From: Phoronis australis
Taxonomy: Eukaryota > Animalia > Phoronida
DNA length: 64,000 nt
Assembly (NCBI GenBank): GCA_002633005.1
Contig: NMRA01000348.1
Location: 37,623 to 101,622 of the forward strand
Direction: 5' to 3'
Each line of letters begins with the position of its first letter. The stretch's first letter is position 1. Position numbers and translations under genes: made by a program. The notes under the pieces are model-generated. The model made no database searches. It worked only from the letters and a program-made list of their open reading frames with translations, and had not been told where the DNA came from. This document shows, in pieces, positions 25,937-38,638 of the stretch.

Positions 25937-26325
25937 TGTTGTGACGTCATAATGTCAGGCTATGTTGGACTTAACATACCTCTTGCTGGACGAAGGATTA
26001 TGGGTAATGTACCTACCACAAAGACGATGCTGTCACTGACTACCACGTATCACGGCCTCACCGTGACCTCTGGTGGAGACTCGTACTAGCACCCTCGCAA
26101 CAGCTATCTCATATATAACCGAATTCTACATTACGTTTCCGTGGGAGAGCGAGCACCTTTGAATGAAAATGCGGTTTCCTATCGATTTCTTTGTCGAGGC
26201 ACTCTGGTATCCAACTAGTAAGAGCGTTGCGATTGCTGGACACGAGTATTTGTTCGAGTTGTACTCTTAAGCGACGTAAAGTTTATGATTTATCCAGGAT
26301 GCTGTGAAGGCTTCTAAACTATACA
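25937..26325 (+). mobile_element. Candidate solo LTR
   Basis: TGTTGTGACG...ACTATACA termini flanked by TACA on both sides; internal TATATAA. The right TSD merges with a microsatellite, so evidence is weak. Confidence 0.4.
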
Positions 26326-26361
26326 TACACGCACACGCACACACACAAACACACATACACA
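26322..26361. repeat. (CA)n-type microsatellite
   Basis: tacatacacgcacacgcacacacacaaacacacatacaca. Confidence 0.9.
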
Positions 26362-26899
26362 TCTCAGAATAGTTCGGTAGCAGCCCTTCGTTTACACAAA
26401 CTTCGTTAAAAACACGACTAGACTTTTTGTTTGCAAACTTGATACTGGTACGCTTGTAATTTCCGAACGGTCTCTTGTCTTCAGGTGAGCAGGTTCATGT
26501 ATGAAATAAAACACCGAGAGACATAACAAACAAACAAATTTAAACATTCGCTATGTTTCGAGACTGCAAGTCTCATAATCAGGAAATGAGTGGAATGAAC
26601 ACATACATAGCAAAACAAACAGTGAAATACACGTGACAGCGGGAAGAGTGGCATACAAGCAGAGAGTGTGAATGCAACACAGGGTAGGAAGTCCGCAACC
26701 CTATCGAAACAGAGCCAGCGTGCGGTACACACGTGTGAGCTACTCAGATTCAACACCGGTTTTTCGTCGATTCCAAAATCTTTAGCCGAAATGTCATTTT
26801 CAACTTAGCGAATGATGGTATTGTCTACTACTTCTTGCCTAGTTGTTTTTTTCGGCCATGATGATGTTGACATACAGTTCTCATAATACACGTTCTTAG

Positions 26900-28620
26900 T
26901 GGCACTAGTACTAGATTCAGTGTCTACGTGAGAGTCGATCCTAGGTATGAAAGACCTAACATGGTTATCAAATCAACAAAAGAATTCAGTAGTATAACCA
27001 GAACTTGTTTGATGCGTTGAACTTCAACGTTGAATGCTTGCCAATCAGATGATATCTGGTGCGCCCTCTTGAGGTAACCAGTCAAAACCGCTAGTTTCTA
27101 GCGTTCTGGGCAATCACTGTTAGCACAGTGTAAACTGCGGGCACAAATATCCGTAGCTTTATGATAAACCGAACTTGAGTACGAAACCCACCGTCACAAG
27201 ACAATCGATAAAAGGCAACTTTGCACAGACAGGCAATTCATACTTGAACTTTAATATAGAATTGGAATCAAGCAATGTCTGAAGGGACAACAGTTCATCA
27301 TGCGAACTGTCAGAGATTGACTGTGGGTATGTTTAAAAGGTAGCTAGGCTTTGTGGTTGTGCGTAGATGGAGAGAGAATAAAGTTAAATAATTCATTTAT
27401 TATATGATAACCACAAATGAGACAATTACTTAATTAACAACAGGTTTTAGTTGTCTCAAAGAAGAGAAACTACGCTAGCGCCCTCTTAATTCTTTTAAGA
27501 TTACTTTAATCAATCAACCAAAATAATCAAATGTCTTATATGCTATTCAAGCTGTAGGACTCTCCACTTGTTGGATGACAGTCTTGTTGGTGAATCTTCG
27601 AACTACACAAACTGTATTGCGACAGTGTACTTGCTGGTCACAGTCTCCGATGACGCAACACTTAATTGCAGGCAGTTTTTTCTACCCACGATTCTTCTTG
27701 CTAGTCACAGTCTCTGTCTGGTGACTGACGCAACACTTCAGGTAGTTTCTTACTACCCACGATGCAAGCGACAAGCTCTTAGTTAACTTCCTGTTCGTTA
27801 ACCCTTGCCCTTGCCAAGATCCTTTCTAGAATCTTCCACGAGATTGCTCTGTTGCATAATTTCCTCTGCACTCTGTAGCAAGTCTTTTAGCTTCAACTAC
27901 TCTTGCTCATCTGAATATCTTCTCGATTTTAGCCCATGTTATAATATTCTACTTATTTAGCGATTGGCTAATAAAAACCACACGATCATATCCAATTATA
28001 TCATTGTCTGTTCTCAGAAATTTCTAGAATCTCTAGAGTGCTTTGACCCCCAGAAGCAAAGTTGTATACACCATCTAAAAATAGATTATGACGTTAAAAG
28101 TACATGTCAACAAGTTTGACTCATTGATTTAATAGTACACACATGTATGCACAAATTTTGGGCAACTTAATGAATCTATTCTTACTAATTGCTTAATCAA
28201 TATTTATTCTGACTCGAACAATATACAAAGATATCATCGACATGGCGGACATACATGGGAATTTTGCCGATGTGATGAGCGGTCCGTTTTTCAACTTCTG
28301 ACATGTAAAATTCTGAAAACGTTGGGCCTGACGGCGAACCCATGCAGACGCCCAATTTTTGTAAAAGCAACTTGCCATTTATATGCCGAAAGGGGACTTT
28401 GGTTGCACAGATAGTTAGTAATGCACGTAACATAGCTTGTGAAATACTAAGTGATTATATCTCTGGAATAGTCATACACCATTTGAACAGAAAACACGCT
28501 TTCTAAAAATATGACATTAATGCAATTCCGTTGAAAACCGGCGGAGTTACGAAACGTTTTAGTAACACTGAGAAAGGTGACACCATTCCCATTCGTCTGG
28601 TGTTAAAATACACATTATGA
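26900..28620 (-). pseudogene. Penelope-like RT remnant split by an insertion
   Basis: GVCMGSPSGPTFSEFYM...YVRHVDDIFV (28197-28433) and DCPER*KLAVLTGYLKRAHQISSDW...EVQRIKQVL (about 27000-27117). Confidence 0.8.
27322..28112 (-). mobile_element. LTR-like insertion inside the Penelope remnant
   Basis: TG...CA termini, internal duplications and ttctagaa motifs; interrupts the RT; no TSD found. Confidence 0.35.
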
Positions 28621-31394
28621 TCGACATATGTCCCGAATAATGGATAAATGATACGTGCGTCGCAAGCTCGTTACCAGAGATGAAAAGGAGACGTGGCGCT
28701 TTTTTGCCCACCTTACCAGAGATTTTCATTTTTTTTATTTTAAATATCTGTATTCACTATATTTAAATGGTATTTCACTCGTTAAATATGTTTATGTGAG
28801 CATATGGACCCGTCTTACTCCCCCCCCCCCTCATTTCGGTCTATTCCATTATTCCCTGTGTATGACTACACGTCGTTTTCCCAGCCTTCGTATTGGTCTG
28901 TTGTTATCACGTGCCTTGAGTTTGGTCAGCTCTTGGCTCTCAAAGGCTGATGATTGTCACGTGTCCTTAGGCGTTTTCTTTGATTGCCCAAGCTACATGT
29001 TTTTAGATAGTATTAGAGTCCCGGTGGTGCAGGATGATCACGTGGTTATATTTTGAGGAAATTGTAGGTATACGAAAATATTGAAATACGGGTAGATGGA
29101 TTTACGTTACGTCTGGCACCTAGACAGTTGTATTACCCACAGGGCGGCTTTCCGAATCGCGGAGTAGCAAGCAGATGATCTAGGCCATAGTCAGTCCATT
29201 CGACTCTAGGACGCAGACAACTTGGGAATGGGAAAGATACGGACACAATATTTTCCTGACATTTCATTGACTGTTCTGATCATTTTGCACTAACACCTGG
29301 TACATGTAGCTAACATATTAGTTTAGGCTAATTTTTTCAAACTTTTGCATTAAAATTATTACTAAACGTACAAGTATATTCTTGGGAACTTTTTTGAAAT
29401 TGACTTTTGAACATCCATATATGGGTTTTAATGCAAAGTTCCCGTTGCCCCCCCCCCAAAAAAAAAAGTAGTCACGGAGGTGAAAGATAGGAGAGCTGGG
29501 ACTATGGCCTAATCCTCCGTTTGGAAATATTTGGGCCCATTAGACCGCAAAATATTCCAAAATGTACAGATGAAATTTGTTCGGAAGAAGTTTTCGGTGA
29601 TAACAATTCTAAACTAGCATCGTTTCTATTAAGTACTAGTCCACGAGAGCACCAGCCATCCAGCGGCAAGGTGGGGGTCAACCGATTTTCACCAAATTTG
29701 GCACATAGGTAGTCCTACGGCATCTATAAACAGTGGTAAAATATTTCCTCAAAATATTACCTTTTACCAAAGTTATAGTCTCAAACACATTCTACGGCTT
29801 CGCAGCCATGTTTTCACGGTATAAAAACTGTCCAGTTTTAACTGTTTATATTTTTCCTCGAATGAAAGCTATTGAACTATTATTTACTTGGTATTGTTTG
29901 GTGGTGCCTATAGATTGTTACACAGATGTCTTGAAAAAAAATTTCCGATTTACCACCCACATTTAGTAGTTTTAATACACTGGCCCCCGTTATGCCATTT
30001 TGAGGTTATGTTCAGTACACTGGTGTACCAAATCTGGCCCCGCTGTTATGAAAATGAAACTTGGCCAAAATGTTGACAAAACATGTCACATTCTCCTGTA
30101 ATTTTATTGATTAGTCCCTACGTGGTGGGAGGTCTTGGTGCAAATGCACGGTGTGCACTGTTATGCCGACCTCAGTGGAATGCCTATAGTGACCCGAGCA
30201 CCCGAACCGCTTACACCCCGCCGTGTGACTACCTCGCCACACAACTGGCACCTTCTAAATAGCTCTAATAGTACTTTAGGGAAGTTCACAATAAACTTAA
30301 CAAACTTAACGAAGTTTGACTCACCAGCCTGTCCACTGGATGACGAACTTTCCTCCTCACTGGGTGTCGAACTGGGTTTCTACTCCCTCCCACAACTCAA
30401 CATCGCTGCAGACAGAACCGACTGTTGTTAGCCTTCACAGCTCTAGCAACGCATTTGCCCATGTGTTCACGGCGTATGCCCATTTGTATAAACTAACTGA
30501 TGAGATAAATCACAAAAGTAGGCAACAAATACACAGAAAAAGTTAAAACCAGCAGTAAGGAAGGGGCCTGGTAAGCTGATACACATGTCGAGAAAATGAA
30601 GTCTGTAACAGTGCAACCCACGTGTCTAATAACACTAAGAAACACAATAAAAATCTGTAGAAAAAAAATCCCTGATTAAACCTAACACAATTCTGGTTAA
30701 AAATACCTTATATCTTACGAAATTAACATAAGAAATCTTGCACACTTCAACAAACCAAGAGCAACGAAACGACAACGACCGCTCATTCCAATACGGGCCA
30801 GAAACTACTTCCCGTATTGGAATGATGACGTCATTCCAATACGGGCCAGATTCCAATACGGGTCGGAGCACATACATTATAATTGTAAAACGCATGTTTG
30901 AAATCATGCAAACACTAACAATTAATTTGCTGATCTGATTGATGAAATTATTAAGAAAATCTGTTCTCAGATCATCATCTTTCAAGGACTTTTTAATTGT
31001 GACAATGCACGTGTACCCCGTATATACATGGATTTGCGGTGCATTCACAATATAGACGAAGGCAAAAATGCAGCCTCTTGTTTATCACCACACGAAACCA
31101 TGATGAGATTGGTTTGGGTGAATTCGTTTGAAAACAGCCGGCCTTGCTTATGAGACGCCCAGTTTTGTCCAAATACAGTATACATCTGTCACGGACTAGT
31201 GCTAACGGAAGTTTAGTTTCGAGTCAACATTATGTATATTGTTGTTGTTGTAATAAGTAAAGATTTCTGAAACGTGTCAACAGTCATAAACGACAAATAT
31301 GTGAAGCTGAGAGAAATGGATAGAGCTCACTTGAGGCAATTTTACTCTGAGGTTAAAAGAACATTATCGTTGAGAAAAGTTTTCTGCTGGATAT

Positions 31395-31474
31395 CAGCCT
31401 TAGCGTGGAATCGAACCTGCAGCCCTTAGCAGTCACAGCCTATTAACGATCTGCTGGCGGAGCTAAATCCCACT
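31395..31474 (-). mobile_element. tRNA-derived SINE head
   Basis: Minus strand has TAGCTCCGCCAG (A-box-like) and GGTTCGATTCC (B box). Confidence 0.55.
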
Positions 31475-34400
31475 TGATCAACGGCATAGTATTTTAAAGG
31501 TATTCACAAAAACGGATTTTGACGTTTTATAGGTCTGGTCCAACCTAATAACTTCATGAAATCTATCCCATCCAACAGAAATCCCAAAATGTGTTTTTCG
31601 GCTGTAGTCCCTTTATGCAGAGCCTGATACTGACCGGGAGAACGCGCCAACGTCAGAATTACTAAACTTATTTGCATGTAAATGTACATCGACAAATTTG
31701 TGGAAGAACTCGTCCGACCTTTTACAAATAGCATAATCCCTAGCCGTTTTGCCTTCGAAAATGGAAGTGGTTGGTCCAACATTGCACGTTTGCTATATTC
31801 ATTTCAATGTACACTCGCCTTACGGCGATTGTTGTTTCGAGCCTTGCCCCTTTATTTTTTGTTCGGCAAAAGCATCCCACCACTGAATTTGTCTGGCAGT
31901 GTTCATTCATGATAGATTGGTCTAAGTTGAATAATTTGAAACAAGTTTCAGGTGTGTTAATCTAGCTCACCTTTTGGCCTCTGTTAAAACCGTCAGCACT
32001 GAAATTGTCTGGCAGTGGATAATTTTGATACGGTGAATTGAGTAGCAGGTGTCGCAGGTATTTTTAAGTGTTTACCAGAAAAGTTGATCTAGCTCAATTT
32101 TTGAGGGTCGTTCTCACGACTCACCTGACCAGAGCGAACCTGCCAGATGGCCATTTCCCAGCAGTGGGATATCCGTAGTTCACTGTTGCACCAAAGAAAA
32201 TTGGTTACCTTTTCGTGCTCAAAAAGCTCTGGGATCCCGGTCTATAAGTAGTGACAACGTTGGCGTCCCTGCAATCCCACGCGAACGCTCTCTTACAATT
32301 TATAGGCATATTGCTACGGGCATTGCCTAAATCCAATTACGGCTAGTTCGCGCTCAATACAGGAAATCAGAAACACCTTGTCGACAAAGCAAAATCCTTT
32401 GTTTACTTTTCATGAGCAGTCCAAAGTGAGAACATTTCCTGAATGAAGTATACAAAAACAAGGATTCCGAATCTGTGGAAAAGACCATTTTATGTGTGCC
32501 ATTCTCGTTGTGCGGCGGCAAGGCACCATGCTTACACGTTCCAGGGCTTGTGTGACAGTATTTTTTGTGTTGTAAAACTTAACTGAAATAAAGTTTTTGC
32601 ATGCATAAAGTTATAAAATAATTATAAAGAGACAAAAAATGGAAATCCCATGAGAGGAAATCAAAAACAAAAAAGAGGAAATCCCCTTAAAAGAGGAAAA
32701 TTCGAAGACCTAAAGTTCATGCGAGAAAGTACTGAGTAGAGTCGTACTGGCGCTGATACATGTTGATTGCAACTCGGACTGACAAACTGTCGGGGACTAC
32801 AAATAAGATAGTTATTGACAGGCTTTGAGAAAACAAATCCCGACAATATGGAAGCTACATGCATGGACCCCTGATGTGCTTTGCTCCACTTCAATGCCCA
32901 AAGCACATGACGTACTGAATATTGAACTTACAACACCTACATTGAGTTAAATGTACTGCGAGTTTGTCTTTTGTTGCGTTTCCTTTATTGACAAATAACG
33001 TAGAAAATCAATCTGAAACTAAATAAGGCGATCCAGATCTTCCCAAGGATACTATTGTTTCACGAATTGTAGAATATAAATAGGTAAATAAAACAAGAAT
33101 GGATCAACTGAAATTTTCGGATATAACAACGTCCTTTGTCAGCTGAAACAGAAATAAAGTAAAATCAAACGCTATAGTGACAATAAATGTACAAAAAACT
33201 TATTGCCTCGATCTGATTAGGCTGCTCCGGAAAAAGCACAGGATTGACGCCAATTTTTGCGAAATGTCACCAAAAGGTCCACTGTTCGGAAAGTCCAACC
33301 ATCCCCATCCCGACTACAGGCCTGTTTGCTTCGAAAGTACCTTCGCTCTTTGCTAAACTTTAATAAGAAAACATGATTACCCCACCCAGTTAAAAACACG
33401 TCGTACCAAGTCAAAAATGAAATTCCAAAACATTTCTACATTCAGAAAATGTGCAGTTTTGAGTGGCAAAATCGTCAACTTATGAAGATATTCCAGGCAA
33501 TCTCATCATTATTCTACACGCTTATGATCAATGAATACACAAAGACTTTAATCGGGAGGAGCAGAATACTTTGAAATCCCAACCTGTTGCAATAGAGATA
33601 AGTATGTATGCAGGTTAGTCCTACTTAATGACTTTGCCTCTAAAAGGCACTCAGATGTCTTTCCGACAAAAATGACGGAATTTTGAATTGCCGCACACAG
33701 CACTCTCAGCAGCGATGGGGTTTTAGAATATGTTGCAAAAGGAAGGCGGCATGGCGAGCAGCAAACTAAAGTTTGACAAGGCACCAATTGACAAGTGATC
33801 ATTTATTATTAAAGACCAAAAATTGAGAAACAAAGACATCTTGCTTACATTTTCAGACATGCATGGCGATTCCGACATATCTCCCGATCTCGTGAGGGGC
33901 TTTATCAAATCCTTGGTAGTGAATGGACACGAGAGACCCCCCCAACACCAACACACTTAGTACTTCACTACCTAATAGTCATCTTTAAATGATTGTGTAA
34001 GAAGATAAGATGCATCCATGCTTAATAGCAAGTAACAATTTGTCACACCTCAAAATTTTCAAAATTTTACAGGGAAGTCTGAATAGTAACAGCTTTTTGA
34101 ATGTATAAGTTAGTCTTATCAACCTGGCTTATGTCAAGTATGTCATACACAATATTTGTCAGTGACAATGAGTTAATGAGTTCCATAATTTTACAATTTG
34201 CGACAAAAGAAAGGACAACATAAAGTAACTGTAAACCCAAGACCCTACTTGCCACTTCGAACATTACAATTGCATGAATGACAGAATTCTCAAAATGCTG
34301 CAGAATTACAGGCAAGCAAGTTTTGTCGCACAATGTCAACTGTCACAGGCAATCCATTCCTGATATTGAGATAACTGCGCCAGCTTGTCCAAAACATTAA

Positions 34401-34853
34401 AAATACCAACACTTGACATGTTTAACATTAAAACAGAATGCTCTTCACAATGGGAGACTTAGAAGAAGTAACAATGCATTTGATCACATGGGACCGGATA
34501 CTAGTGACCTCTAGGGAACGAGGCAATTTCAATTCTATTTGAAAAGCACCACATCTTATCATATACGATGTAAAAGGGTATTTTCCCCAGGTCAACAAGT
34601 CCCCTATGCCACCCACTGCAAAGAAGTACCTCCTGCTGCAGCCAGATGGCGATAATAGTCACTGGTCCCATGAGATCAGTCTCAACTGCTTTCTGAAAGT
34701 CTTGTAAACTACAGAAAGCCACCTGCACAGAAATTTTGCTAAGCCCACAGGTAGGAAGCTTATTTCATGCACAATATATTCCCACAGATGTCTGTCCTTA
34801 TCAACCACATCCAACTACTGGGCCACATGTCCAATCTATATTGACCTCTGACC

Positions 34854-34976
34854 CTACGACCTTGCAGCATAGTTGGCTGAAAGCTGTTCAAACTCGGTCT
34901 CCTTTGCCAAGAAGCCCTGTACCCATGGGTGGTTTCTGTGCGAGTCTTTTAATTGTGAAATGTAGCGGTTGCTCAC
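34854..34976 (-). CDS. COPE: Coatomer subunit epsilon, exon 7 (last)
   Basis: ttgcag|VSNRYISQLKDSHRNHPWVQGFLAKETEFEQLSANYAARS*; 123 nt. Confidence 0.95.
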   Translation of the reverse strand: MSNRYISQLKDSHRNHPWVQGFLAKETEFEQLSANYAARS

Positions 34977-36229
34977 CTGCAAATTCATCAAATGAAGCAT
35001 TCAAATGGCACAAGACAAATTTCCAATGATTCCTGCCAGCAAAAATGACTTGATTTAGACAAGTTACTATTTAGAAATTAGTTTCAACTTGTTTGTTGCT
35101 CAGATTAGAGGGAATTTCTGGGGGTGCAAACACCTGGGATGACAATGAAGACCATGGCGAGGTCAACACAGTTTCAAAAGATGCTGAGTAACCAATCTTT
35201 CCAAATAAATCAATTTGAGCAAAAATACAAATCTGTATGAATGGCTGCAAAAATTGCATTCCACACAAACATACCTAATTCTGAATTCAATCATACTGTG
35301 AGTCAAACATTGCGGTCATGCATCACAGTATTGTAGCTTAACTCACTGCACTACCATAGCTCATTTGATGAGGTTACACAAAGTAAAATTAGGTATTTAA
35401 TTAAAGTGATTACAAAGACTTTCAAAAGGAGTGATTTACATATAAAACGGGCAATTAAGCCAATGAGCAGAGAGAATTAAAAAGGAATTGCACTATTTAC
35501 AAGACTGATTCAAACAAAAATGTGCAATTATGCTGATGATACTGTCAGACAAGCATCCTTGCCATGAGCTTGTACTGACTTACAAACTAGTTGACTTGGA
35601 CAATTAGACTACCATTACTGTTGAGCCCTGTGAATATTATTTTTTTTCTGCTGAGCTTCAGGAAGGTTGAACCAGCATTTAGAAATGAAATGGGGCTTGT
35701 TGGAGACCATCATAGAATAGATACTGACTCAAAGATGCACAATATCTGTCAGAATGTTCTCTGAAACTCAACAAAATGTCACCAAGAATCGAGAAATTGA
35801 TAACTGTATCTGCATAGTGAATAAACACGGCTTTTTTCACGCCTCTTTAAAATGAGAAATGAAGACATGAATGAAAGAGTTGAATCAAAAGCTGAACAAT
35901 TAATAAGGACCAACATCTTGTGGTCTTATTAGCTCCACATATTCCTAATAACATTTAATTACTAATTACTGTCCTCGCCCTCACAATGCAAGACAACAAC
36001 CCTATATCTTGGATTAAAATGAGACTGACACTTTGTCAAATAAACCATGCTGGGCCAATTGTTTGCTTGACACTTTGTGATAAGAAGATACAGAAAGCCT
36101 CTTTACTTAATACCTTTAAAGCATTGATTTCATTACTAATTAGCATCTGGTAGCGACAGGGCTTAGGAATGGTCCTAATTAAGAAACACGTTAATTAAAA
36201 TGCACTTTTAATACAAGAATTATTAATAA

Positions 36230-36740
36230 AAACCACGAGACTTTTTCAACTTCAACAGATTTCGATGTCTCAAGTATCATCATCAGAACAAACAATCGAG
36301 GCCATCTAGCAATCTTGAGCCACACAGTGTACAGGAGGGCTATCAGCAAGCATCATCGTAACAAAACATCAAAGACAAATCATCACACCAATGGCAGCCT
36401 GCTGCGCGCCAGCTACTCATTCAGATCAGGCTTGTGCCAGTTGATCTAAATTGACTCACGAATTTTGAGTTCCTTAATAGTTATTTCAGCCTGATCCAAA
36501 TACTAAACCATTCGCTCAACGTCCATTCAGTATTACAGTAGAGCTGGACCTTTGCAAGTCCATTCAGTATTACAGTAGAGCTGGATCTGTGCAAGTGGCC
36601 GTGAATGGCAGAACTATTGTCAGCACCTAAATGTTTTTCAGACCGGGTTTTAAGATGGCGAGTAGTTTCACGATATAGCTGTAGCTGGAACCACAATCGA
36701 GCACGAACAAATGTTTACACTACCCTGGACTTAAGACCAG
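36230..36740 (-). mobile_element. Penelope-like 3' remnant: GIY-YIG endonuclease piece and pseudo-LTR
   Basis: ETTRHLKTRSEKHL...SAIHGHL and KELKIRESI*INWHKPDLN, followed by a CTGATGA...GAAA motif. Confidence 0.75.
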
Positions 36741-37559
36741 AGGGGGACTAAAAACGTTAAATACTGAAGTTTGAATTATTACGAACTGATGTCTTATCCA
36801 CAAGAAACTATTTAATACTAGAAATTGAGAGTCTATGTTCGTCATGTATGTCCTTCCCAATTACTCAATACAGCTGCCTGACAATTTTTTAGAAAAATCG
36901 TCAACAGAAAAAAATGTTGTACATCACAAACATGCACCATATGCAACAAAAATTGAAACATGGGGTGCATAAAAATCAAGCCGTAACTCCATATCATTTG
37001 CTACTAGTAGAAGCACCGATACGACAAAAAGATTTTCTGCACGACTCCTTGAAAATTGGGAACTCTGTCATGTTTTAAATGGAGTGAATAATCACAAAAC
37101 GCGATTCATTTCAGGAACTTTAATCACCCCTGGATTGCCAAATGGAATCTGGGAAAATTTTAGGGGGGACCATGGCCCTTTGCCCCCCCTTAAATCTGCC
37201 ACTGAAGACCACATAATAGTGAAATTTTCTAAATAAAATGAACATAATCAAGATTGGCAAAATTTCAAAACACAAGACAGCGATTAAATCTACACATCAC
37301 TTCCACTAGAGCATATTTTAATTTGGGCACATTCTCAACAAACTCTAGACAGCTGTTGAGGAACACTTCCATCCCATTAACACTCTGAAAAAAGCTTAAC
37401 AGAAATGGCGCTTCATGCCACCGGTGTTAGACCTAAACTGCCAAATAAACCTCACAAGCAGTTCATGCGAGATTTGCGAGGTCTGACAGAGTGCCATAAA
37501 AGCCTATTGAGCTTATTTTGAAAGCTATATACGTAAAAAAATAATTGCAGGTGGTCTGC

Positions 37560-37748
37560 TACACGTTGTACCAGACGTGCACAAGGCCGCGCATGTGGGC
37601 CCATTGCACTGATCACCTGGAACCGTTAAAACCGAGCTGAGGTGCTAGAAACCTGACTCAAGGGCCTAGCAGTGTTGTCCAGTGGGACCCCAACCCGCGA
37701 CCTCAAGTAAAGAAAGCGGGCACCTATCACACTAGGTCACACTGCCTT
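37560..37748 (-). mobile_element. tRNA-derived SINE
   Basis: Minus strand ggcagtgtgacctagtgtgatagg...gcgggttggggtccc...ctaggcccttgagtcagg (decayed A/B boxes plus body). Confidence 0.5.
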
Positions 37749-37767
37749 CTCTCTACAGTATACGTAC

Positions 37768-37836
37768 CTCGGACTGTTTCCCTAAGTGCTGACTCAACAC
37801 GATCATGTTAATTAGTGTCTCAGCATTGTTACTGTC
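37768..37836 (-). CDS. COPE: Coatomer subunit epsilon, exon 6
   Basis: acag|DSNNAETLINMIVLSQHLGKQSE|gtacgt; 69 nt. Confidence 0.95.
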
Positions 37837-38638
37837 CTGTAATATAATTAATACATGATATCACTTTAAGCTACATTCTCAGGCAGCGATATTGGGTGTC
37901 TCCAAAATTGCTACACCTCGTTGAGAAAGTAGGCGTGTGAGCCTCTGTGCATTTTTGCGTGCAGAGAAATGGCAAACTAACAATGCCATTTTTGAGTATA
38001 TGAATGTCTTGAGTAAATTTTAAACCGGCACGGAAATACAGATCGCAAACGTTTTAAGTCTGTTCTGCACGCCACCTGTTGGTCACATCACATGTCCTAA
38101 TGAATTTAAGTCAGAAAAGATTTCTACACACACCAGGACTCGAAGCTAGGATTTTCAGCTAATCACGCAGACAATCGAGTTCACTAAGCCATCGAGCCCA
38201 ATGGTCAAGCACAGAAACCCAATCAGACTTAGTAGTGGGCATCCGGCCCTTGAACTCCTGAGTGCATATCGTGAATATATTATGTAAATATCAGACTGCT
38301 GTGGAACTATAGATCACAACCATTTACAAGAATGAAAATTTATTGTGCAATGCTACCAGGAACTCAAAAATGTCCCCAGTTCAAAAAATCTACACCGACA
38401 GTCTGTAGCACACCCTTGACAAAGAGCGCATCGCTCGATATGTGGTGATATTTTAATATATTTTAGTACCGACACTCATCATTTTAGTTTTACTAGTTTT
38501 ACTATTTTACATTTTCATTCGTCGGTAACTGCACGGTATTGCAACATCTATTTGATACCGACAGCTTATTTTGTTTTAAAAAAATTACTTCCTTTTGTGA
38601 TCACCTTTTTATGAATTTAAACCTGTTTCTAAGTCAAT

